Below, piece by piece: positions 11,500 through 23,213 of a stretch of 64,000 nt of DNA; position 1 is the first letter of the stretch, and every line of letters starts with the position of its first letter. The stretch is from Amoebophrya sp. A120 (taxonomy: Eukaryota > Protista > Dinoflagellata). Where the stretch lies: NCBI GenBank assembly GCA_905178155.1, contig CAJINV010000006.1, forward strand, positions 4,513,175 through 4,577,174. Reading direction: 5' to 3'. Below the pieces are notes generated by a model that did not search any database, was not told where the DNA came from, and worked only from the letters and a program-made list of their open reading frames with translations. The translations under genes and the position numbers were made by a program.

Positions 11500-14400
11500 G
11501 CTGCACTGTGTCACGTCGCGGAGCCGAGTCAATACCTATCTGTACGCAGAAGTACCAGCAGACGGCATTTTTGTGACTGCAGTTGTCAGGAACATATGCA
11601 TTGCAAAAATGTCTGGGTCTGGAAGAGTGCATGTTTGTCATGCTTGTCTGGCATGACTCTTAAATCTGTCTTGCACGTTACCCAAGACCTCGACTTTTCT
11701 GTGATGCAGAAACGCGGTTTGTCATGCAGAATAGGCAACACCTATAAGCTCAGAAACTTGTCATGCTGAGGCAGCACTTGTGGCCTCATCATGAGACGCC
11801 ACCCAGCATCACAAGTTTCCAGACCCAGACATTTTTACATTTGATAGAACAGGAGCAGGAACGAATCAAATCTTCGCGCTCGTGCGTATGGCGTTCTCAA
11901 ATGTTACATTCTCAACTGTTACATGATTTGTCATGCAAAATGAGCATCAACGTCCACACAGTGAAGCTACCTCGCGTGACAAATTCTGGAAGGGCTAAAC
12001 AGCATGGGAATCTGTGCCGGATTTGTAATGCAAGAGTTGCAAGATCCGGCCTTTCCCTGTTGCCAACATTCTTGCATCACAAATTCATGTAACAGTTGAG
12101 AATGTAACAGTTGAGAGCGCCATAGTGCGTCGTAAAGTTGAACCGCAACCGACGCGGAAGGCCACTGGCGCGGCTGCTGCGAGGTAAGGGTATTTTTCTG
12201 TGGATGTAGTAGTAACTAGACTGGGATTTCGGTTTTTTTTGCTTTGGGCTACAACAGTGCCCACGGGGGCACGAGCACGTTCTAGATACTTACCTTTACA
12301 ACCAAGCCCTTTAGTTACCGGAGCCGCTTGTCAAGAACAAGTGGCATACGGACGACAAGTTCGTCGTGCGCAGCTGTGGCCCTGCATGATTCTTGACACA
12401 GAAACTCTACGAGCGCCTGGATTACTAGTGGGTCGTGACGAGAGAAACGCTCACTTAAATAAAGCACGACGTTGACGAAGAAAGAAAACTTCATGAAAAT
12501 ACATGGTAAAAAAGCCTGCTTGCAAATAGAACGAAACTATTACTATCCTAGTGTGCATTCTGTCTCTACTTGCGCATTTGCGCTTGCAAATGAGCGTAAT
12601 AATCACCAGGGAGGATGTCCTCCTAATAAATTTTGTTTCACTTCGAATTTGTTATTTTAACTCACGACAGGACAAGCCACAACATGGCTACGTCGTGTGC
12701 AGCCGCCACCGCCATCATGAAAAAAACTGGCGCGAAACTCCTCTACTTATGGGCGGCCTTGGGAGGTGGACCAGGTCGGCTGTACTTGTCGGGAATGGAT
12801 GGAAACTTCTGCACGGGGAGTGCGCAACAAGCGGGGGGTGTTGGTGACAAGAACATCCAGTACGATCCGCTGCTCAACAGCCTGATCTTCTTGACGGGCA
12901 CAGGAACAAACTATATGCCGCTTTTTGTGGAAGCGGTCAGCAAGAAAAAGGACATTGATGTTGATGTGGATGACCTCCGGATGCAAAGTTTTGTCTCCGA
13001 AGACGAAGAAGAGGGCGATCCCGGTTCTTCGCCAGTGTCGATGACCTCGCAGTCGATGGAGACTTCTCGAGTTCTTGCACCAGCCTCCTCGTCGGACGAC
13101 ATGCTGTCGGGACATGATGAAGAGGTTGCGGAAGATGTACTTGCCGTTCTCGTATCAAACGCAAAAATGTCTGGGTCTGGGAGCTTCTGAGACTTGTCAT
13201 GCACGTTTTGCATGAGCCATGATGTCTATGATGCATGCCGTAGCATGACAGATTTTTCGAGGGGTTCTCTATGCCTATTTCGCATGACAAATAACCTATC
13301 CGCGTAGCAAAAATTACACTCCCTTTGCTACTCATGCAATAAAAACGTTTTTGGAATCCAAATGCAGCATCACAAGTTGCATTCTTCCAGACCCAGACAC
13401 TTTTACATTTCATATCTCGAGGGAACTGCCACTGAGCAGACGCAGACCAAGGTGGATCATGACGATCTTGGTGCCGGCGTTGTACGTCGTCCATTGTCGG
13501 CAGCAGCGTCTCGCTCTCGCAACAACAACAAAAACTCGTCCCCGCCTACTACAACTTCATCCTCGCCCGATGAAACAACGACCGAAACGACCCGGCGTCG
13601 CCCTGCCGGCTTTCTGGAGCGCCAGGCTGGGGGCGAGCCCTCGGCGCTGTTCGCCGCTACGCTGTATTAAATGCAAAAATGTCTGGGTCGGGAAGGTTGG
13701 AACTTGTGATGCTAACTTAGGACTGTAAAAAAATCTGTATTGCATGACCAGCAAGAGGTGGAGTCTAGTTAGTGCTACGCGGGAAGGGCGTTTGTCATGC
13801 GGAGTAGGCACCAGGAAGCCTTCTGAAAATCTGTGATGCTAGGGCGTGCGTTACAGGCGTCCTGGGTCATGCAAAACATGCATGACAAGGAAGTCTCAGA
13901 ATCTTCCAGACCCAGACACTTTTGCATTTGATACGCTGTCCGCGTGGGAGGCCGGGGCCGAGGTGGTGCGCCGCGCCTCCGCCGGCTGGACGACGGGTCG
14001 TGGTGGCGGCCACTTTGGCATTTCCGCCAAAGGGGATGGGGAAGAAGAGCATGTCCCCGCTAGTACAACTCCTGCTGTATCAACAGCGGCGGAGATCATG
14101 AAAGGAGCCGCGGGAGAGGACGAAAACGAAGCGGGGCACCGCCGTCCTGAAGACGACCAATTGCTGCCAGGAGCGCCGTTGTTCTTGGAGGGCCCTGCGG
14201 AGGACGAGGCTTCCCTCGCGGAGGAAGGGTCTGCAGCGGCGATGGCGCTGTCGTTTGTGGAGCAGGAGGCTGCGAAAGAGGTGGACGTGGAACAGCAGCG
14301 AGGGGAGGTTTCGACGATTCTCTACCACATGACCTTCGTTGCTGAGGCGACGTTGCGCGAGGTGAAGCTCGAACACACGTTCCCGCCCGCTACAGAAGTG

Positions 14401-17400
14401 GTTGATTTTTTGCAATCGCGGGCGAGACGGCTGAAAGAGTTTTTCAATTGGGGTATCCTGAGTAAAAACATCCCCAAGAACTCAGAGTTGCCATGTAAAT
14501 CTGCAAGTCTAATGCTAATTTTCATGCGTAGCCCTATGAGGGCCGTTAAACGGCCCTCATAGTGCTCCGTTTACATTTTCTATACAGCCATATAGAAAAT
14601 GTAAACGGCCGCCGTTTACATTTTCTATAATATAGAAAATGTAAACGGCGTGATTAAGAAATATGCCTTAAGACGGCTATATGCTGTCTGACAGTTTGTG
14701 ATGCTGAGATCAGGATAAGATGATCGATTTGTGATGCGATGTCAGTGTCACAGACTAAACAGGATCACACTACGAGCCAAGAACCTTGTCATGTGCAGCA
14801 ACACACAAAGGTTGTGCGTTTGTGTAGCAAAGTGCCGACTTTGACTCTAGGGCGGGGAGGTTTTTCCTCTTGATATGGGACTTCTGTTTGGTTCGTCAAT
14901 CAGCCTGTCCGGCAGCGGCGTTTGGAGAAACCGCCCGCGGAATCGGGCACCAGATCATTGTGAAGAACAGTGAAATGCTAAGTACCGCCCTCGTGGTTCT
15001 GTGGGAGGCGCTTGGGCTGGATAAGATGATGTTTCGTATGTCGAAAATCGTAGACGCAAAAACGGTGAAGGAGTTGTGGAAAGATGATGTCCGTCGGTTA
15101 GAATCCGACCTTGAGTATCCATTGCAATAGTGTCTGGGTCTGGAAATGAAGTGGAACTTGTGTTGCATGTCTTGCATTCCTGAAAAATCTGTGTTGCACA
15201 TCAGCCAGCAGAAAACAAGTGGCCACCTTTTCTTCACGCAAAAACGAGGAAGTTTGTCATGCGTGCTCCACACGACCATTTCCATTAGAAGGCGTAAAGT
15301 AAACTTGTCATGCTTGGCTGTACTTGACGAGGGCCGCGCCACACTCATCCATAGTACGTTAGCATCTTCACAGGTTTATTCCAGACGTAGAAATATTTGA
15401 ATGTGATAATGAGAACGTTGTGGCGATTTTGAAAAATTTTCCGGAGGTTCTGCGGATGGACGACTCGGACGAGGTGGATCGAAAGCGCGAGTTTAAGTCG
15501 CTTGAAAACCTGGTTCGACTGGCTACTCACGATCTCAAGCATATGGAAGTATCAGGACCGAAATCGACAAAGTCGAAAAATTTGCAAAATGCATAAAATG
15601 TAGGGCATGTGAGTGTGGCCTGTGCTGGGGAGCAGACAAATGAGACCGACTGCAAGCCTGTCTAAGGGGGACGATGCGCTGCCAGAGTTGCAAGACAGGA
15701 GCAGTCTTCTTTGCCTCAACAGCTTGACAGACTGGATTTGATTCGTGTTCTCGAAATTCGTCATGCGCCACTCAGAAACTGAGGCTCTAAGCGGTATCGA
15801 TTTGATGCATCACTACAAAGTATTTCGGTTTTGTTGATTTCGATCCTGACGCTTCCATAGGGCAGGTCCTGACGTTGGAGCAAGAAACGCTCATCGGACG
15901 ACCTGCTGAAGAAACGAAGGAGCACGGCCAGCGACTTGAAAGGGCGCGAAGGGACGCCAAGTCGAGGTGGCAGATACTCGTGCCGCGACTGAAACACGAA
16001 CAGGGCGCACTCAGGGCTGAAACTGCACGAGGGGGCGCCTCCGTGACTGTGCGACTGGCTTTTGCAATGGAAAAAGTGGTGGAGAGTTGTAAAGGCGCAG
16101 GGAGGCTCGAGCAAAAGGAAACAAAGGAGAAGCTTCTGTCGGCCGCGGAGGCTCTCCTGCGGGAGTTCCAGTTGGCCTTTCACCAAGAAGCACTTGGGGA
16201 AGATATCCGCCTCAGCGCGGGCGAAACTAGCATTCTGCAAGTGGCTATCGAACGCGCGATGACGGACCTGGAGGAAGAGGTGACCCATGTCGACGGCTTG
16301 TTTGGGAAAGCAGTGTCACCGGGAGTACCACAGCCGACAGCGGCAGAGGTGAAGCTCAACGGCGTGCAAGTCTTGATGCGGCTGAGGGAAGCCTTGGAAG
16401 GCTTTGCGCAGATGGACGCGCGGTTGTGGGGGAACGTGTCTGAGGTCAAAGGAAAGTTAGCTGTGGTGGCAGAAATGACCAGCGTTGTCAGTGCGTGTGC
16501 TAGCCAACTGGACGCGTTTCGCGGAGGCAGCGCGGAGTCGAAAAAACAACTGGAGCAGGCGCTACGAACATGCGGCAGAAATGCGGGGGACCAGTTTCAC
16601 AATGCCAGCATCCACACGGTCTTGGAAGCGGGCCTTCGCAGTGCAATCTACGACATCAAACAGTCGTACCGTCAGCTCCCGCTTCCACGTTTCGGTGAGG
16701 CTGCATACGATCCGTCAGCACCCGCGCATGATGAAGTTGCCTATGATCTGCAAAAGTATCGTACTAGTAGTACTCCTCGCATTTTTACATATTTGCGCAG
16801 CATGACGAATGGAATTGGTCATGCTCATTGATGACCTTGAGAAAGAGATTGGTCATGCATCATTGCAGCGATGATTTTACATTAGGATTACTACGAGTGC
16901 GATACAACTTTTTCACAGGATAATCATATTGCCCCAGGTGTAGCACTTTCTTCTGGCGGGGCAGGAGGTGCACGACCTCCACCAGCAGGTTCTTCCGCAG
17001 TACGACCTGCAGCTCCTGCTACGGTAGTTGTACCGACAGGCAGCGCGACTCCTCCACCGGGAAGTGCGGTCTCCAGTGCTCCGAGCGTTCCACCCGCTCC
17101 CGCCGCCTCCGGTTTCAGCGCTCCAGACGGTCCGACTCCCCCCGTCGCGTCCAGCGTTCCAAGCGCTCCCATCGCTTCGATCGCCCCCGCCGACGGTGCA
17201 GCAGCCGCAGCTGCTGCTGGAGGACTACTTCCTGCGGTTGGAGATGAGCCCACTACCGAGCAGTGGGTACTCCAGGAGCTTATTCCCCTTATGTTCAAGC
17301 TATCAAATCCGAACCACAAACAGCATGTCTATTCTTACTTACATTTGAGTCAGGGCCAGGGAGGTCAACATCAACATTGTAGCAAGGTTTCATTTCGCGG

Positions 17401-20400
17401 AGCTCAGCGAAAGTTTTGGGGAATAAAGACGCTGGGTCATGATCCAAATCAAGCACTCGCGATCATAGTGTGTGTGCGAGTTTCTTCTCCCAACTGCACT
17501 GTTAAAAAAAAATTCGGCCCACGAAGAAGTACAAAATGCAATGGTTAGTAGATTTTTTGTATATGTTGACCCACACATAAATCACGAGAAGAACAGGCAT
17601 CTGAGCGAATGATTTCATATCCTGTGCAAAAGTATCGTACTCGTCTAAATGCAAGCCTTGCATTACAGATCTTGTTCCCAAGACAAATCTGCATCACAAA
17701 TTTTATCTCATGCTGAAAAAATTTGTAATGCATTTATACGAGTACGATACTTTTGCAGTTCATATTTCAAACGCATACCCAATGAACGACGACATCCTGG
17801 ATTTGTTTTCGCGTCGGCAGCACGGCGAGACCGTGACCGATATCCATCGCAAAGGTGTTGCGTGGCGCGTGTGAAGAAAATATAAGACTTGCGTCGCGCA
17901 TATTCTTCTGATTTTCGTCCGACAGGTTGGAAAGCATGCGACAAGACTTGCATGTAGCATTGCGTAGTACAGCGACGGGTACAGGTAATAGAGAAGATGT
18001 ATAGCAATTAAAATTATGTCGGCCCGTGACCCCTGCGCGGAATCCGATTCCGAAATCTTGTGGTCCTTCGTACGACCACTGCGCCACTTTTGCACAGGAC
18101 ACTCTCTGAACAAGTCACGAATGCGCTGAACGTATCCTGAGTAAAAACGTACCCACACCAGAGTCAGGATGGGGATTTTGCAACACAAGCCTAGGAGTTT
18201 TGTGAGTCACGCATGACAAGTTTCAGTCCGTAAGGTAGTGCACGTTAGCAAGGAAAGCCGCATCGCAAATCGATCTGCTGATCCTGTTTACAGCATTACA
18301 AGTTCCCAAACACGATTCAAAATGCCTGTCATGGGGTTGCGCATCACAAATGTTCCTGTCATGGCAAAGTCGCGTGACAACTCTGGTGTGGGTACGTTTT
18401 TACTCAGGATAGAACGAGCTGGACCGCCTTTGCAACGAAGTCCGGACTACTCTTGGTGAAGCAACTGACCTCGTTATCCTGAGTAAAAACGTACCCACAC
18501 CATAGTCAAGATGGGGAATCGGCTAGACAAATCCACAAGTTTTGACTGTTTTGCATGACAAATTTGGACTCGTAGTGTAGTGCTGTTTGAGCTAGCTCAG
18601 CAGCATCACAGATCTAGCCTACCATGCTGATTGGAGCATGATAAATTGCAAAACACGACTAGAAAATGCTTCTCATGGGGCTCCGCATGAGAAACATTTT
18701 CAGCATGCAGATTTGCATTACAACTCTGGCGTGGGTACGTTTTTACTCAGGATACTCGTTTTTGGTGGTATCTCGGGTGATTTATGCAATTCTCAAACGT
18801 TAGCGTTACAGTGATCGCTGCTACAAGGTTTGTCGTGCAGGAAAGTAGGCACTACTAGTATCACCCCACACAGACCGTGGCAAGTTCTCGGCGAACTAAA
18901 TAGCATTGGAATGATCCTTGCGGCCAAATCTGTATACATGCAGGACCAAGACGCGCAAGAAGTTCCCTCCTATCCCTTCTTTCGCTTTTGCTAGTCTTGC
19001 AGGAGTAGCAGCGACCAGTGCATTAACGCCTGGGAACCCCATATGATTGGCGCGATTTTATCCTTGAGGAGTTAGGGGTTAGAGTGGCATTGGACAGCCT
19101 GCAAGGCGTATCGTGCGAAAAAACTGTTTTACGGTGGTCGAATATTTTGTTAGATTCGCGTGGCAAATTGGCTTCGTCGCATGGCAAATTTTTGTAGCGG
19201 ATTCCGCACGACGTGGTCCCGAAGCGTACTATTGATTGATTGATGACAAGGAAGCTTTTGCCATGCGTGGTGGAAAAAAACACCACGAGCATTGGAACTT
19301 GATAAAATGTGCGACTTTTTCTTGCAGCATAGTGTTTCTACCAAGACAAGCGCTTCTGTTTTGCATCATCTGCATCAGAAGATCACAGTGAAGATGCAGT
19401 TTTTCGTTACGATAAGGCGACATCCGCACAACCATCGAACGCTGTGCGACGAATCATTTCGCAAAACACGAACTCGAAGCCGTGCGGGAGGGGCTCCAGA
19501 AGTGTGCTTGGCTCGGGGGCGATCGCACCGTCTGCCCGATTGTTACCTTTTTGCAAGTGAAGCTGTACGGGACCATTTTTGAAATCGGGAAGGCGTTCCA
19601 TGAAGTCGCAAACGCCCGAAGCGGCCCCGCGGCAGATGAAGTTCCACCAGCCCCCGTCGTGACGGTGGACATGATCCGGTTCGAGATCCTTCCTGGCATG
19701 TGGGCTGTGGAGAAAAACATCCTGGACTTGTTTACGCGCCGCCAAAAAAACGAGGTTGTGAGTGCAGACGGCGTCAAGGATGCGTTGAGCGAGCTGACAG
19801 GCCTGTGCGACAGGTTCGAGGCCGGTCTTCGCAACGTGTTTGAAATAACGTCTCTGAACGCCTTGAAAGTTTCTCTAAAGATTAGAAACAGGTTGCGCGA
19901 TTTGAAAGGCGAGATCAGCTCTGGAATCCGGAACTGTGCAACGCAAAATTTCGGGAAGCCTCCCGGCGAATACGAAGACGTGAGAAGAGGTCTCCAAAAC
20001 TGCGCGCCACCGCACGGATCGGGAAAAAGTCCAGGCCCGATTGTCACGTATCTGAACGTGAAATATCCTGTGCAAAAGTATCGTACTCGTATTGCAATCA
20101 TGCATTACAAATCTTTTTCTTGAGGTAAATCAGCATTACAAATTTCATTCCTCTTGCTGAGGAAATTTGTAATGCATGTATATGAGTGCGATACTTTTGC
20201 AGCTCATATGAAACTGCGCGGCACCATTCATGACATCCAGCAGATCTTCAACGAAGCTCTTTACAAGCTGAACGAAGAGGAGGTCGCTGCGGCAGCAGCA
20301 GCAGTGGCTCCTGCATCTCCGGCTGCAACGCCAGTCGTGCCTGTTGTACAACCTGCTCAAGAACCAGCAGCACTTCCTACTCCGGAAGGACCCGCCGTCG

Positions 20401-21317
20401 CGTATGGAGCCTACACTGTCCCTGTCGATCTTATCCTGTGTAACATCATATCGCTCTGGGACGTCGAGGTGTTGTGATGGACAAACTGATCGAGCCTTTT
20501 CCTTGATGAATGGATTCTTTTGCCGCGTGTTGCATGTCGCCAGAGTTACGTATCATTCTCCCTGCTTGCTTGTGCCCGGCATCAGGAGATGATAAAGTTT
20601 TTCTGCGTAATTTTTCTTCATGCTAGTCTTCGGACACTGATTTTTAGTGCGTAGTACTAACGTTACACCGACCTAGTTGTCAATGTGCGTAAAGAAACCT
20701 AATAAATAACAACATGTTACGCAATCTTTCCCCAGCTGCCATATTTGCAATGCATAATACCACGACAACCACAACTTGCTGTTGGTGCTGGAGGCGCTGC
20801 TGCTGCTGCCGCCCAAGCACAGCAACTACAAATTGTTCCAGTACCACAAGCGTCCCCTTTTGCCCAGCCGGCGGGACGCGGGACTACGCCTCCAGCTGGT
20901 GCTGGTGCTGCTGCTATGCATGGCAAATATGTCTGGGTCAGGAAGATTCTACTTACATTTGGCATGCATGTCTGACATGACTCGAGAATCTGTGATGCAT
21001 AGGGGCATCGGAAAAGGCTCTCCTAGCTGTCATGTAAAAACGTTGTTTCTCATGCGGAATCCGCAACACGTAGCAGCTCAAAAATTTCTCATGCTTGGCT
21101 GCGTATAATTGCAGTCCGGCTATCATCCACTTTTAGCATTACCCAGACGTATTTGCACTTAATAGCTGCTGCTGCTGCTGCTCAGCAGCAACGACAACAA
21201 CAGCCACCACCACCAGCTGCTCCACCAGTTCCGCCACCCAGCGCCACGCCCAAAAAAGCAAAATCTTCTGGCGGTGGCCCATGCGGGCCGGGTGGGGGAG
21301 GTGGCGGGTGCCGGTGA
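11500..21317 (+). CDS. Large multi-exon protein of unknown function with Ala/Pro/Gln-rich C-terminus; start codon and some internal junctions unresolved
   Basis: ORF pieces at 12633, 13846, 15875, 19482 and 20154 are separated by ~16 introners and a probable GT-AG intron at 12184-12670. The frame checked across the 5' junctions reads TNQIFALVRRKVEP...ARTSHNMATS. Confidence 0.55.
11595..11846. mobile_element. Introner, family B
   Basis: B-type TIRs; TSD GAACA; closely similar to 34811-35063. Confidence 0.88.
11887..12124. mobile_element. Introner, family E
   Basis: tatggcgttctcaaatgttacattctcaactgtt...aacagttgagaatgtaacagttgagagcgccata; TSD GTGCG. Confidence 0.88.
13153..13414. mobile_element. 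Introner, family B
   Basis: B-type TIRs; TSD TCTCG; similar to 33236-33497. Confidence 0.88.
13665..13933. mobile_element. Introner, family B
   Basis: B-type TIRs; TSD CGCTG; similar to 47312-47576. Confidence 0.88.
14454..14875. mobile_element. Introner, family D, with internal stacked hairpins
   Basis: tatcctgagtaaaaac...gtttttcctcttgata; TSD TGGGG/TGGGA. Confidence 0.8.
15116..15408. mobile_element. Introner, degenerate family B
   Basis: tatccattgcaatagtgtctgggtctggaa...ttccagac..tgtgata; TSD TTGAG/ATGAG. Confidence 0.75.
15542..15859. mobile_element. Introner, family I
   Basis: tatggaagtatcaggaccgaaatc...gatttcgatcctgacgcttccata; TSD AAGCA/GGGCA. Confidence 0.78.
16742..16928. mobile_element. 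Introner, family A
   Basis: tatgatctgcaaaagtatcgtac start; TTGCC on both sides; right end uncertain. Confidence 0.7.
17618..17764. mobile_element. Introner, family A
   Basis: A-type TIRs; TSD TTTCA. Confidence 0.88.
18133..18411. mobile_element. Introner, family D
   Basis: Perfect TIR tatcctgagtaaaaacgtacccacaccagagt; TSD GAACG; near-identical to 36808-37086. Confidence 0.92.
18475..18754. mobile_element. Introner, family D
   Basis: D-type TIRs; TSD CTCGT. Confidence 0.9.
19109..19414. mobile_element. Introner, family H
   Basis: tatcgtgcgaaaaaactg...cagtttttcgttacgata; TSD AGGCG. Confidence 0.82.
20064..20208. mobile_element. Introner, family A
   Basis: A-type TIRs; TSD TGAAA. Confidence 0.88.
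20915..21164. mobile_element. Introner, family B
   Basis: B-type TIRs; TSD GCTGC. Confidence 0.8.
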
Positions 21318-23213
21318 GGAGAAGCGACAAGTTGTGTCTACTATTGCAACCGGGCGGGCAGGAGCTGCGGACGAGGAGGGACTACACTTCTATTGCTCAA
21401 AAACTGGCGGGTGCGCCGATGAGGAGAAGGTATTGTTAGCAACTAATATAGTGCCAAAAGCAAAGTAACAAAACTAAAAGTCCAGCAAATCCGGTAGCCG
21501 TGGTGCTAATGTTGTTTCAACCAGTACCCCCAGTAGAGCGCTTGAAAGTGAATCTGAAAGGATCAGGATGAAAATTCAGTATGGGGATTCGCGTCGGTTG
21601 AGTCGGTAAATGTGCACCTTGCTTCCGACGTAGGGGATCTTTTATCTTCATGCATTTGAGATGATCGCGGATATGTGTGCCATCTGGTCGCGAGGCTAAC
21701 TATCGGGATTGCGGATCGAGGAGCATCATTTCCATTCTGATTTCACCACCTACAGGCACACTCATGCAACGAACTACGTGCGCAGATGAGGCGCAGATGA
21801 GGAGAACAAGCTAGCCGCAGCTAGTACGCTTTTGCAACTCGGTGTGCAGATCATGAGGAGTCACAAAGTGCACCCTTTCAACTAGTCACGGGACGGGGGC
21901 GGAGTCCTCTGTGACGAAAATTCTTTTTTGACGACAAAGCATTACCTAATTCTTGTTACACATTTTCGAGTAGAAAAAGAATACCGTAACGCCATTGGCT
22001 TATTTCATTTTCGCATTCATTTTCATTCGCTTTTAATTTCTAACTTTAACATCACACTGCTTTTGGTTTTTGATTTTACACATTCATAACTCTCTCTGAA
22101 ACTGTATCTATGGGTACGGCGAACATCCAAGCACTATTCAACTACAAGTACAACATTTTATTTCTGCACCACAACCACTCAGTTGTTTCACCCAATTCCA
22201 ATCGTATTCGTATCAGATTATTTAAAGACGGCGCTCTCGCTCTCTATCGTAATGTTATCATTTTTCATTTTCTTATTTGAGATTGTCGCAGCTAAAATTT
22301 GTTTCAAACCATTTTCTGTTGCGAAACTACTACTATGTTGACATTTACATGACAGAGGTTGAAATTGAACATTAAGGACCGGCATACAACAAGTTTTCAA
22401 TCTCCTTTTCTAAATCTTTTCGTAGACGATGCATTCCATCTTTCGTCGTCCGTTTTTTCTTCGTGTATCTCCTCTACAAGACGAAACGCAAACGAGTGTC
22501 AATGTATAGTGATTGGACAGGAGGGAGCAGTATGGAAAATTGAGGAGCCCGACTACGTTGCTTTGACGAGAGCCATACATTGAAAACGGTAGGCGGTATA
22601 AAGCTCTCTTCGGATCGATCATGTTGAAATGCCTCGGCCGATAACCTCAAGATCATACGTCCTAGAGGCCAGTAGAGTTCTTTGGCTCCTTCGATGAACA
22701 ACAAGAAGAAAGTTGTTCACTCGATGGAAAGCGAGTACTAGAGCCTTGTTCTTCACTGAGCAAGCAGCTGCAGAAAGCCATTGGGCTAGCAGCTACAGAA
22801 AGTGATTCATTTTCATGCTATTCTCGCTGAGCAGCCATGATGAGAACCAGGTCGATACACATTTTGCGAGGATTGCAGTTGGAGTGATTTTTTGATAGAA
22901 GGAGCGAGTCGGAGGGCATTTTCGGTAGAGCATGAGCAGCTACCCGGCGCAATAAACCCTATTCTTGAGCGAAGGCTTGATTCGTTCTACATGGTCTTCC
23001 TACATCGTCTTTGCTTTTGTGGTTTGGGAGCGGCTTTTTTAAACGCTTCCTTGTTCCAAGGATTGCAGCTGCACGCGCTGCAACATCGGAAGATCAAGAT
23101 CTTCTTTAGGCCATTACGTATGGTTCGAGGCCGAATATTGATATTGAAGCCGCAGAGGTAGACGCACCCCGCCACAAATCGATTATTGTTGCAACACATC
23201 AATAAAACCAAAA

